64,000 bases of DNA from an uncultured virus (IMG/VR IMGVR_UViG_3300045180_000051). Its lineage: Duplodnaviria; Heunggongvirae; Uroviricota; Caudoviricetes. This document shows positions 46,999 to 56,372 of this stretch, one piece after another. The stretch's first letter is position 1; each line of letters opens with the position of its first letter. A model generated the notes under the pieces. The model saw only the letters and a program-made list of their open reading frames with translations. It had not been told where the DNA came from and made no database searches. The stretch lies in the IMG/VR virus record IMGVR_UViG_3300045180_000051, one strand, 5' to 3'. Made by a program: the position numbers and the translations under genes.

Positions 46999-47172
46999 TC
47001 AATGATGAGATTTGCTGATCGATCCAGTAATTGTCCGGTCGATCGCAACAGTCATGCGGCTATCGGAGCCGTACGCCGAATAGACAGCAAGCATTGCCAG
47101 AACCATTGGTGTGGCAAGGATGGCGCTTCTGATTGCGGTTTCTGCGATTGGTGAGCGGGATCGTTTTCTCAT
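46999..47172 (-). CDS. Small membrane protein (57 aa, ends DRTITGSISKSHH), moron
   Basis: Translated by hand; TM segment plus D..TGSI motif. Confidence 0.5.
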   Translation of the reverse strand: MRKRSRSPIAETAIRSAILATPMVLAMLAVYSAYGSDSRMTVAIDRTITGSISKSHH

Positions 47173-47274
47173 GATCTTTTAATGTCGGATTTAGCTTAAA
47201 GCTAAGTAAAACGGTGTGGTTAATCATCTGTATCCTTCACTAAAGCCAGCCCACAGTTATCATTAGGAGGCTTC

Positions 47275-47841
47275 ATGGCTTTCCCAACTCGTCTACAGCA
47301 ATTGCTGGAAGAGGGGCGCATTGTTGTGCGCTCTCTTGGCGAATTCCAGTTCGGCACGGGCTTCTGGTATATGTGGAACGGCTCGTCCGAGTTCACTTGG
47401 AATGGCAACACGTACATTCCAAACCAGCTGATTGCGATTGAAGAACCGCCTTATCAGATGGGCGCCGAAGCACTGCCGATCACCATCACCATGCCGACCG
47501 CTGCGGATTACGGTGTGACGCCAGATAAGCTCGCCCAGATCGAAAGCGTCGATTACAAAGGCCGCACGGTTATTCTGTCGGATGCCTACTTTGATCCAGA
47601 CACGCGCGAACTGCTTCACGTCGAGCCGATGTATCGAGGTTTTATCGACACCATCGATCACGAAACGGATGGCGGCGAAATGGTTCTCAAAGCCAACGTG
47701 GAGACGTCAGCTTTGGAAAATCACCGTGACGGCTATCGCACCGCCTCGCACGAAGATCAGCAGCTCATTTCACCGGGCGACAAGTTCTTCGAATATGCCT
47801 CAGTGGTGAAGCGAGAGAATTTCCACATCACAGCACCGTAA
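47275..47841 (+). CDS. Tail tip protein
   Basis: AGGAGG RBS; YRGFID, DQQLISPGD.FFEY. Confidence 0.7.
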   Translation: MAFPTRLQQLLEEGRIVVRSLGEFQFGTGFWYMWNGSSEFTWNGNTYIPNQLIAIEEPPYQMGAEALPITITMPTAADYGVTPDKLAQIESVDYKGRTVILSDAYFDPDTRELLHVEPMYRGFIDTIDHETDGGEMVLKANVETSALENHRDGYRTASHEDQQLISPGDKFFEYASVVKRENFHITAP

Positions 47842-47849
47842 GGATCGCC

Positions 47850-48242
47850 ATGCGACATCCGGAATGGGAAAAACGCCTCGTGGCCGTCACGGAGGCGCAC
47901 ATAAACACGCCTCTGGTCTGGGGAAAGTCTGATTGTCTTCTCACCACATCCGACGCGATTGAAGCGGTTACGGGCATCGATCCTGCATCTGAAGTGCGAG
48001 GCAAATACAAAAGCCGCGCAGGTGCCTATCGCCTAATTAAACAGCGGGGTTTTTCCAGCTTAAGCGCCGTTCTGGCTGATCATTTCGAGGAAACGCCTGT
48101 TGCGATGGCGCAGCGGGGTGACGTTGGTATTTTTGAGAAAACTGTTGGCTACTTCTGTGAATACGGCTTCGCGGTGAAAGGCGAGGACGGTTTGCGCTTC
48201 CTGCCACGCACAATGGCCGAGAGGGCCTTCAAGGTTTCCTGA
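47850..48242 (+). CDS. Tail tip NlpC/P60-like (DUF6950-like) protein
   Basis: WGKSDC, AQRGDV. Confidence 0.75.
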   Translation: MRHPEWEKRLVAVTEAHINTPLVWGKSDCLLTTSDAIEAVTGIDPASEVRGKYKSRAGAYRLIKQRGFSSLSAVLADHFEETPVAMAQRGDVGIFEKTVGYFCEYGFAVKGEDGLRFLPRTMAERAFKVS

Positions 48243-50863
48243 TGTTTTACATTCTGGCGATTTTATTCGCGCTGTTGGCAACACCAGCGGCGGCGGACCC
48301 TGTTTCTATTGTGACAGGTCTTGTTGGCCTTGGCTCGTGGCTGTTCGGCGGTACTGTCCTTGCAAACATTGTGCTTGGCGGACTTCTGGTCGCCGCAAAA
48401 TACGCGCTCACGTCAATCTTTCAGCAGACGCCCAAGTCTTCGGCATCTGCCACAGAAACCAAATATGGTGAAAATCTCGTCCGTGAAGTCGGCCTCGGCG
48501 TATTTGGCACAATGGGGCATCACGTCTATCGCAATGCATTCGGTAAGGGCAACCGAATGGTGCAGGACGTGTTCAAGCTTTCCGACTTCCGCTGTGTTGA
48601 GCTTTTGCGCGTGCAGATGGATGGCGAGTGGAAGAGCCTTAGTCCAACCGATCAAACCTATGGACGTAAACTTCTTAACGTCCACGAAGGTGGCGAAGTC
48701 TGGGTTCGCTTCTATCAGGGAACGATGCAGCAAGCTGCCGACCCTCAGCTAATTGCGAATTCTAATCCTTCGGGACGTTGGACTTCTGCGCATCGTGGGG
48801 CAGGTATCTGCTACGTCGTGGTTACGTCCCGCATGGAGGCCGATAATCTGACTTCGCCGCCGAGCCTTATGTTCGAGGTTCGTGGCGCTCCATTGTATGA
48901 CCCGCGAAAAGACAGCACGGTTGGTGGATCAGGAACTCAGCGCAGAAACAATCAGGATAGCTGGGCTTTCTCCGATAATCCTGCTGTCATGATGTATAAT
49001 CTTGAACTAGGCATCTACAACGGCACGGAAAAGATCGTTGGTCGAGGCGTTGCGCAGAGCCGTTTGCCTTTGTCTGAATGGTTCACCGCGATGAATATCT
49101 GCGATGAAGCCATGTCAGACGGTAGCAAGCGCTATACGGCAGCATTGATTGCTTCATCTGGCGACGGGGTTACGCACGAAACCAATATGACGCCACTGCG
49201 CGAAGCTTGTGCAGGATCTTGGATTGAAGGCGTGACAGGTGAGTATCCAATCGTCGGCGCTAATCAGGCAGTCGTTGCGACGATCACTGATGACGATATC
49301 GCTTGGGAGAAGTCTTTCCAGCTGTCGTTAACGCGCACCCGGACTGATCTGGTCAACACTGTTGCGGCTTCTTATGTCAGCCCAGACTTGTTTTATGAAA
49401 CCACGTCGCTCACCACGCGCGTTGATGCAGCTGCATTGGCTCAGGATCGCGAGCGACTGGCTTCCAAGGTGGATTACACTGCCGTCACTGATCCGCGAGT
49501 AGGCGACCGTCTGGCAGATATCGCGATCCGGGCCTCACGCTATCAGGCGAACGGCAACTTTACCGTGCATCCGAAGTTCCTTGGACTGCAGGTTGGCCAG
49601 TGGGTTCAATGGGTATCAGCTCGCTATAACCGCACGATCAAGTTTCAGGTTCATTCGAAAGCCCTTGGCGCAATGGGCAGCGACAGTGTTCGCGATGTTT
49701 CAATCTCGTGGCAGGAGGTTGGCGACGGTATCTTTGATCCGACAGCTTATGCAACAAATCCGCCTGTTCCAACGCCGAATGGCGATCCGGATTATCTTGC
49801 TGAGGTCCAAAACTTCAACGCCGTCGCTAACAAGGTAATTGGCGCTGATGGTCAAGAGCATCCCGGCATTCGGTTGTTCTGGGATGCGATTGACGACATC
49901 ACTGTCGAAGGTGTTGACATCCAGTATTGGCCCGACAATGACCCGTCACAGGTATTCTCGTCGTTCGTGACCAAAGATGTAACCGTCTTTCAGATCGTGA
50001 ATGGTCTGACGAGCATCACTGATTGGTGGGTTAGAACAAGGCTTAGGGTGGCTTCGGGCACTCGTCCTGTGGCTTGGTCTGCTGCAGTCAAGGTGGCAAC
50101 TCTCGACGCTCGACGCGAGGACAGCCCTGTCGATTTTCCGCGACTGGATGACGATGTCAAAGGCCTCGTTAACTACATGACAGATGACTTGCGTGAGTTC
50201 AAAAGGCAGGCGCAGGAAAACGCAACAACGTCGGCAAGTGGACTATTGGATGCGTATTCTAATGTCCAGACAATCAGACGTGAGCTTACGAACACGTTTG
50301 GAACGGCTAAAGCATCATGGCAGGAAGATATCTTAACTGCCACAGGCCCAAACAGCGCCATTGGGCAGCAACTAACGCAGATCAATGTAAGCCTTGGCAC
50401 GAAGGCCGATGCAAGCACTGTTGTACTTCTTCAGAGCCGAGTTGATGGCGTCCAAGGCGATATGACTGCCATTTCCAATGCGCTGACTGAGGTCAATGCG
50501 TCGGTCAACGATATCAACGCGAATGGATCTCTGCGCTTTACGGCCACGTCGGGGAGCGGCGGGGCTTCAAGTAGAATTGCTGCGTTAGCACGGGTTGGGA
50601 TCGGTGACAGTTGGAAGCAAGCCGGTTGGTTCGTAAATGTTACTCAAACTTCGAGCCAGTTTGTTGTCATTGCCAATCAGTTCGCCATCGCAGATCCGAA
50701 TACTGACGGCAGCTTCACGTATCCGTTTGTTGTCGAGAATGGACGTGTCGTGATGGAAAATATCGTTGTAGGGACCGTGAAGTTTAAACGGCTTCAGTCC
50801 GATAACAACAAATTCGACGCACGCGGCGATGGAAACAATGCGTATCTGAGGATTATCGTTTAA
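48242..50863 (+). CDS. Central tail fibre/host-specificity protein (gpJ-like)
   Basis: VRGAPLYDPR, SDNPA, C-terminal coiled coil and PFVVENG. Confidence 0.85.
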   Translation: MFYILAILFALLATPAAADPVSIVTGLVGLGSWLFGGTVLANIVLGGLLVAAKYALTSIFQQTPKSSASATETKYGENLVREVGLGVFGTMGHHVYRNAFGKGNRMVQDVFKLSDFRCVELLRVQMDGEWKSLSPTDQTYGRKLLNVHEGGEVWVRFYQGTMQQAADPQLIANSNPSGRWTSAHRGAGICYVVVTSRMEADNLTSPPSLMFEVRGAPLYDPRKDSTVGGSGTQRRNNQDSWAFSDNPAVMMYNLELGIYNGTEKIVGRGVAQSRLPLSEWFTAMNICDEAMSDGSKRYTAALIASSGDGVTHETNMTPLREACAGSWIEGVTGEYPIVGANQAVVATITDDDIAWEKSFQLSLTRTRTDLVNTVAASYVSPDLFYETTSLTTRVDAAALAQDRERLASKVDYTAVTDPRVGDRLADIAIRASRYQANGNFTVHPKFLGLQVGQWVQWVSARYNRTIKFQVHSKALGAMGSDSVRDVSISWQEVGDGIFDPTAYATNPPVPTPNGDPDYLAEVQNFNAVANKVIGADGQEHPGIRLFWDAIDDITVEGVDIQYWPDNDPSQVFSSFVTKDVTVFQIVNGLTSITDWWVRTRLRVASGTRPVAWSAAVKVATLDARREDSPVDFPRLDDDVKGLVNYMTDDLREFKRQAQENATTSASGLLDAYSNVQTIRRELTNTFGTAKASWQEDILTATGPNSAIGQQLTQINVSLGTKADASTVVLLQSRVDGVQGDMTAISNALTEVNASVNDINANGSLRFTATSGSGGASSRIAALARVGIGDSWKQAGWFVNVTQTSSQFVVIANQFAIADPNTDGSFTYPFVVENGRVVMENIVVGTVKFKRLQSDNNKFDARGDGNNAYLRIIV

Positions 50864-52404
50864 TGGTCAGTTGGTTTGTAGGTTGGAAACCGGGCGTGGG
50901 CGCGGTGATGAAAGTCAATAAATATGACAGTGATTGGCCGTTAGACGTCCCGAATGATGCTCATAACCGCTTCTATTTCAACTCGGAGGCAAGCAATCTT
51001 TCGTATGTTTTTCGCCATTTCCAGACAGCAAAACGGCTAAACAAAGCAGACTATCCCAACGGGAACTACGGTTTAGTTTCTAATTCCCTTAGCGATGCAT
51101 GGGTAATGCAGACGACGACAGGTTCATTCGATGTCAACGAATATCGGATCTACGGCTGCATAGGAAGGATGCCAGACCTCGGCGGGATAATACCGTTCGC
51201 CGAGTGCAAGTTTATATCCTCAGATGGAACTGCTCGCGTCCTTTACAATAACAAGCCGAGCAGTTCCGGCGCATATTATCAGTCTGTCACCAACTCAGCT
51301 ATTACAGCGAACGTCTATCCAGAAGCGCACCAAGGCAAATTCGGTTATCAGGATATTCCCGCGGCGCTTGGTTATTCAGGTTGGGCAATCAGACCGACCA
51401 ATCAAGCGGCCGGGATTGTTGCCTACATCGGCGGCGACCAGGAGTTCATGACGTCCATGATCTGGGATCTACCTTGCAATAATGTGCCGATACCCAGACC
51501 GAGCGGAACGCCTGTGAGCGGGCAAATCATGTTTGAAGCATCGCCCACTCGAATAAAGCTGGCAAGGCCGGGGTTTTCCATCGACACGGCTACGGGCCGA
51601 CAACTGATCATGGATAGCGACAGAACGCCGATCAAAGTGATCATGATGGGGACCACGGGAGCGGTGCAGCCCGGCACAAGTTTGTTTGTTCCGAAGCCAT
51701 CCTCAATCGACTTCGATCTCTCGCCATCGATGGTCTGTGACACGATCTGCAGCCTGAATGGTTGGGATTTTGCAATCCCTCCAGTCAACCTCAATAGCGG
51801 GCTAAACGAGGAAAGAACGTGGGTTGACTATCGTGTTGAGCTCGGTGGCATTCGTTTCTTTGTGACGGGAACGCACGCTGTTTCCATCAAATATATGCTC
51901 TATGCGACCGGGTTGCAGGGGTATTCATCTGGGGGCAGCGCTATAATCCGGAAGGTCGAAGGGCAATACCTGCAGATCAAACGACCGGGTTCGAGCGATG
52001 TGGCGCCCGGCTATAACGATATCCTTCTTGATACTCGCTTCGCAGCCGTTACCGTTCTCGCTGAAAGTTATGTACCAACGTCAAGCTTTACTGAAAGCGC
52101 TTCGGTGCATTGGCGATATGGCAAGGTTGGTCATCGGATAAACTTCGATCCTCAAGGCCTCTTTATCTTCCCGAAGGTCATTTATGATTTCGGCAATTTC
52201 TACCGCAACGGCACGCATGACATGTATATCACGCCGGGGAGTGGAGCTGTCGAAGCTTTGCGATACTCGACTTCAACCGTTGTGCGTGACGATCACATCA
52301 TCATGCATATGAACCCCGGAAACTCGTCGGGGCCAGTCAACAGCAGCGGTTTCCCTGAACCCGTCGGCGCTCGTTATTTCATCCTCGGAGCTGCAACGCT
52401 CTAA
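50863..52404 (+). CDS. Tail-associated protein
   Basis: 513 aa beta-rich, internally repeated RPG...D...L..D motif; coupled. Confidence 0.65.
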   Translation: MVSWFVGWKPGVGAVMKVNKYDSDWPLDVPNDAHNRFYFNSEASNLSYVFRHFQTAKRLNKADYPNGNYGLVSNSLSDAWVMQTTTGSFDVNEYRIYGCIGRMPDLGGIIPFAECKFISSDGTARVLYNNKPSSSGAYYQSVTNSAITANVYPEAHQGKFGYQDIPAALGYSGWAIRPTNQAAGIVAYIGGDQEFMTSMIWDLPCNNVPIPRPSGTPVSGQIMFEASPTRIKLARPGFSIDTATGRQLIMDSDRTPIKVIMMGTTGAVQPGTSLFVPKPSSIDFDLSPSMVCDTICSLNGWDFAIPPVNLNSGLNEERTWVDYRVELGGIRFFVTGTHAVSIKYMLYATGLQGYSSGGSAIIRKVEGQYLQIKRPGSSDVAPGYNDILLDTRFAAVTVLAESYVPTSSFTESASVHWRYGKVGHRINFDPQGLFIFPKVIYDFGNFYRNGTHDMYITPGSGAVEALRYSTSTVVRDDHIIMHMNPGNSSGPVNSSGFPEPVGARYFILGAATL

Positions 52405-52427
52405 CAATCCGAAAATCGGAGAATATA

Positions 52428-53612
52428 ATGGCTGTTTTGTCAGATTACACCTCTGGCAGGATTTCGCTCGCCAACGGTTCGGTTACTGTTACCGGCACCG
52501 GAACGCTGTTTAATGTTGCGAAATTCCGTGAAGGCGACACGCTACAAATTCAAAACCTGACAGCGGTCATTGCGAGTGTGAACAGCGATACCTCGCTGAC
52601 GCTTACAGCGCCGTGGACGGGGACAACTCTCACCAATGCTGTATATCGCGCTCGCTATCTTCCTGACGGTGCTCGTGTGACCGCCCAGGCAACAACTCTT
52701 ATTGAGCTTCTTGGGAATGGCAACCTGCAGTCGCTAGCTGGTCTGACGGGAGCCGCGGACAAAGGCATCATGTTCACAGGCGCGGGAACTGCCGGAACGT
52801 TTGATCTAAGTGAAATTGGACGGAGAATTGCGGCAATTACCGATGGCGTTTCATCGCAAATCATTCAGGGAGATGGAACGCGGGTTGCTAAATCATCTTT
52901 GCCAATTAGCGCTGCTACACAAACTGCCCTTGATGCTAAGGCACCGATAGCTACCCCTGTTTTTCAAGGTCAAACGGATATCTTGAGGGGTAGTTTACGT
53001 TTTCGTGGCGACCAAAACGTCAATCAAAATCTTATTGTTGTTCAGGAGTTTGGCACTCAACGATGGGGAATAGATTACGTCTATACTGACCAGTCTCTCC
53101 GAATTCAAGCTTTTACGGGAGGCACTTGGACGGGTGAAGCGGTCATTTTCAGACCCAACAAAAGTGTAGCTTTTCTTGGAACAATCTCAAAGGCTGGCGG
53201 CACTTTCGAAATTGATCACCCGTTGGACCCCTTCAACAAAAATCTGCGCCATGGATTTGTTGAAAGTACGGAATATGTGAACATTTATCGCGGTATGGTC
53301 GATCTTGTTGATGGGCGAATGTCTGTCGATATTGATGCTGCTTTCGGCATGACGGATGGAACCTTCGCAGCGCTCAACGCTGACGTGATAGTTTCATCAT
53401 TGCAAAACCAGTATGGGCCGGATCGCGTATGGGTCGAGGCTCCAGCCGACAGCGGCAAATTCACCATTATCTGTGAAGATACGGAAAGCACGGCAACTAT
53501 CGCTTGGATGGTGACTGGACGCCGTAATGATGCCTTTGTGCGTTCTGATCTCGATCCGAATACCGACAGTGAAGGCCGGTTCATTCCAGAGTTTGACAAG
53601 GAGGATGCATAA
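52428..53612 (+). CDS. Tail fibre with C-terminal chaperone-like domain
   Basis: GSVTVTGTGTLF, LAGLTGAADK, FEIDHPLDP...LRHGFVES. Confidence 0.8.
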   Translation: MAVLSDYTSGRISLANGSVTVTGTGTLFNVAKFREGDTLQIQNLTAVIASVNSDTSLTLTAPWTGTTLTNAVYRARYLPDGARVTAQATTLIELLGNGNLQSLAGLTGAADKGIMFTGAGTAGTFDLSEIGRRIAAITDGVSSQIIQGDGTRVAKSSLPISAATQTALDAKAPIATPVFQGQTDILRGSLRFRGDQNVNQNLIVVQEFGTQRWGIDYVYTDQSLRIQAFTGGTWTGEAVIFRPNKSVAFLGTISKAGGTFEIDHPLDPFNKNLRHGFVESTEYVNIYRGMVDLVDGRMSVDIDAAFGMTDGTFAALNADVIVSSLQNQYGPDRVWVEAPADSGKFTIICEDTESTATIAWMVTGRRNDAFVRSDLDPNTDSEGRFIPEFDKEDA

Positions 53613-54094
53613 TGTCCGTAACGCAGCAGGTTCCAGACTTGTCAGGTCTGGGAAAAAAAGGTCTGCCGATGCATTACCAAGCGTTCGGTATCGAACCGCC
53701 TATGAAGACCGTTCCGGTTGAAGATGGCGAACCTGTCACCGACAACCCCGGCATGACGATACCAGAGTACGTAGCGGCAAAGCGCTGGGAGGCAGAGGTC
53801 GGTGGAATTGAGGTTGATGGATTGCTCATAGCTACCGACGATCGCTCAAAGATGATGATCTCAGGCGCTCGCGTTGCTGCACAGGGAAATCCAGAATTTT
53901 CCACTCAATGGAAAACGGCGACGGGAGAGTTTCTTATGGTCGACGCTGCAACAATCATCGCAGTTAGCGATGCTGTTCTCGATCATGTCGCCCAGTGCTT
54001 TGCTGTTGAAGCTTCAATCACAGCAGATATTAAAACGGGCGTCGATTTCACGTTCGCGGATATTGATGAAATCTTTGCTCGCCATTTTCCCTAA
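53612..54094 (+). CDS. DUF4376-like tail fibre assembly protein
   Basis: KRWEAEVGGI...TDDRS...WK...HVAQCFAVE. Confidence 0.8.
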   Translation: MSVTQQVPDLSGLGKKGLPMHYQAFGIEPPMKTVPVEDGEPVTDNPGMTIPEYVAAKRWEAEVGGIEVDGLLIATDDRSKMMISGARVAAQGNPEFSTQWKTATGEFLMVDAATIIAVSDAVLDHVAQCFAVEASITADIKTGVDFTFADIDEIFARHFP

Positions 54095-54125
54095 CTGACA
54101 GACCGCACCGCCCTTGAGGCGGTTT

Positions 54126-54224
54126 TCACACCCTGCGCCATATCCAAAAGCAGAGAGCAAGAGCAAGTAGCGCTATAATCGCCAGCAGCGCGATGTTGTC
54201 TTCCATAACGTCAATCAGAAACAT
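54126..54224 (-). CDS. 32-aa hydrophobic peptide MFLIDVMEDNIALLAIIALLALALCFWIWRRV
   Basis: GGAGGGG RBS; single TM helix with basic tail. Confidence 0.55.
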   Translation of the reverse strand: MFLIDVMEDNIALLAIIALLALALCFWIWRRV

Positions 54225-54266
54225 TTGCCCCTCCACTTATCGCGCTAAGTATAACGGGCAATTGTG

Positions 54267-55065
54267 AAAGAAAAACCCCAGACACCGGCGGGGGGGCTGG
54301 GGTTGCACCGCCTCTATAGCCCCCGCAAGGCGAGTGCAACCGTCCTTTACCATAAGGTAAAATATTAACAGTCCCTACTTTGTGATTAGATCTCACAAAA
54401 AAACCCCGATCTGCTTGGGGGCTGTACCGGGGTCTGCGCTTTGTTGCCTTTGGGGTGCAACATTGCGCCTGTTCATCATTTCAGAATGTGGCGGAAAAGA
54501 AAAGCCCCGGCATGTGGAATGAAGGATAGCACGAGCCGGGGCTTGCGCATCAACGGGCATGCAGTTGTCTCAGCGCGCAATCTCAATAGCAAAAAATGCA
54601 AGAAATAAAACCCCGGCAGGATCGCACAACCATGCCGGGGTTGCGTTCAAAAGCAATTATCAGGACCCGTTGAACGCAGCCTCTAAATTAGCAACGGCTA
54701 TACAAAAAGAAAAGCCCCAGAGGCGCTTGAAATCTCTGGGGCCTGACCCGGCAGGCGGGCAGCCATGAACCGGGGTTACTCACGTTACATTCAAGCGGGG
54801 GCTGTGATGCCGTGAATAAGCAACGAATTAGCGCCCATGTTTTCAACGTCAAGGGCGGAAAAATAAAACCCCAGCTCGTGGGTAATCATTCCGAGCTGGG
54901 GCTTATCACTGGTGCAACACGAGCAACTGCTTCGATACAGTGAATGGTTAGAAACTAGGGCGGAAAAATGATGAGGCAAGATCAGATAAAAACCCCGGCC
55001 AGCGGGGGCTGAACCGGGGCCGCGCACCGGGATTGAAGCTGAGGAGCTCGGGACGGCGCGCAGGC
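54267..55065 (-). ncRNA. Tandem array of seven putative two-hairpin sRNAs
   Basis: Units at ~54267, 54397, 54495, 54603, 54704, 54859 and 54988, each a 5' hairpin plus a CCCC(A/G)G...GGGG hairpin and U-tract. Confidence 0.7.
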
Positions 55066-55102
55066 AAATATTCTCACAACCTTATGAAAAGGCAATGCTT
55101 CG

Positions 55103-55768
55103 CTAGAACTTGTAAGCAATGCCGAGTGTAGCGGTATGTTGGCTTAGACGGCGAGCCCAATCCCTAACAAGATCTTGTTTGCCGAAGTCGTTGTAACGAT
55201 ATGCAACGCGACCGATGATGTTTTGTGTGATTGCCCAATCCGCTCCAGCGCCAATGTTCCAGCCATTTCTGTCTATATCTGACTTGGCGTATGAAGAAAG
55301 ATAACCCGGAGTGACGGCATCGCTCATTAGGCTAAACCAGCCCCGTGAGTATCCAGCAGTGATGTAGGGCAGATACTGTCCGAAGGCGTAGCCAAGGCGT
55401 CCATTGACCGACGCTGTCGCTTTTGACCGAAATCTCTCTTGGAAATAAGCATCGTCACTTGCGGTGTTTAACACCCAAGGAAGTTTGTCAGCTTTGAATT
55501 CGCCGCCTGTGAATTCTACGGAAACTTCTGGACCGAATACCCACTGGCCATGTTGGAAATTGTATCCGACATAGCCGCCACCTGTGACGTTAGCGCCGTC
55601 CGCACTGTAATATTGGTTCCAAATATCAAACGGTGTGTCTGTCTTCGCTTTAGACCATCTCGCACCGATGCTCACGCCCCCATAGATGCCGGACCAGTCA
55701 AATGTCTCGGCAACAGCGGTGTTCGTCCACGCGGCAGCGACAACGGTAACAATAAGTAAATGCTTCAC
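55103..55768 (-). CDS. Omp25/Omp31/RopB-family outer-membrane beta-barrel (lysogenic conversion)
   Basis: Signal peptide, DWSGIYGG, GGYVGYNFQ, RLGYA, C-terminal GIAYKF. Confidence 0.9.
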   Translation of the reverse strand: MKHLLIVTVVAAAWTNTAVAETFDWSGIYGGVSIGARWSKAKTDTPFDIWNQYYSADGANVTGGGYVGYNFQHGQWVFGPEVSVEFTGGEFKADKLPWVLNTASDDAYFQERFRSKATASVNGRLGYAFGQYLPYITAGYSRGWFSLMSDAVTPGYLSSYAKSDIDRNGWNIGAGADWAITQNIIGRVAYRYNDFGKQDLVRDWARRLSQHTATLGIAYKF

Positions 55769-55840
55769 AGAAATCTCCCCAAGCCTGCCCAGCGCGGAGA
55801 GTATGACGAGAATTTCAAATCTGCAACTCTAAGAAAGTAA

Positions 55841-55927
55841 ATCGAAAAGGCTGCCGTCACTAAAGCGATACCGCATGTCTTCACGGATGAAGGCGACTAC
55901 GTTTACAACCCGAAAGACCCGGGCGGC
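55841..55927 (+). pseudogene. Remnant of a GH108-type endolysin N terminus
   Basis: Translates KAIPHVFTDEGDYVYNPKDPGG (cf. EGGYVNHPxDPGG); no start codon, no continuation. Confidence 0.55.
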
Positions 55928-55971
55928 GTAGTGCCCGGCTGCACAATCTTCTTTTTTGTCTTAGCGAAAAA

Positions 55972-56331
55972 TTATTCGCACTGATACCGGGCCTCATACT
56001 GCGGCTCGAAGACAAGAGAAATGTCGTTAACCCGACAGGTGCGGCCCTTTGATGCTAGGAATGCTTCTGCCGCATCACGGTAGACCACTTCGGCGTTCAT
56101 TGGATTGTAGGCTCCGAACGTTGCTCCTTTAACAACTCCACCTCCAAAGGAAGCGCCTAAGGTGGGAGTTATCATTAAGCGGTTTTCAGTCGGCTTATCG
56201 TAAATCCGATATCCAGTGCCTGATGGCGCTGTATACGACACCGGCTTAACGCTCGAATAGTGCTGCATAGCATAGTTCGCACCTGCGCATCCCGTCAGCG
56301 CTAGCAGCGCCACAATTCCCAAACGTTTCAT
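55972..56331 (-). CDS. Lipoprotein (moron)
   Basis: MKRLGIVALLALTGC lipobox. Confidence 0.75.
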   Translation of the reverse strand: MKRLGIVALLALTGCAGANYAMQHYSSVKPVSYTAPSGTGYRIYDKPTENRLMITPTLGASFGGGVVKGATFGAYNPMNAEVVYRDAAEAFLASKGRTCRVNDISLVFEPQYEARYQCE

Positions 56332-56372
56332 TCCCGCCCTCACAAGTTGTGGCGGCAATCTAGGACAATCAA

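Noticed and set aside
48242..54094. Diversity-generating retroelement or invertible tail fibre cassette
   Set aside because: No reverse transcriptase or invertase, and no template/variable repeat pair noticed by eye
54211..55027. Short ORFs 54211..54396, 54559..54768 and 54791..55027
   Set aside because: No RBS or recognisable motifs; they cross hairpins and terminators
54267..55065. CRISPR array interpretation of the repeated units
   Set aside because: No identical direct repeats, irregular period (98-155 nt), each unit ends in a terminator-like U-tract, and no cas operon in the window
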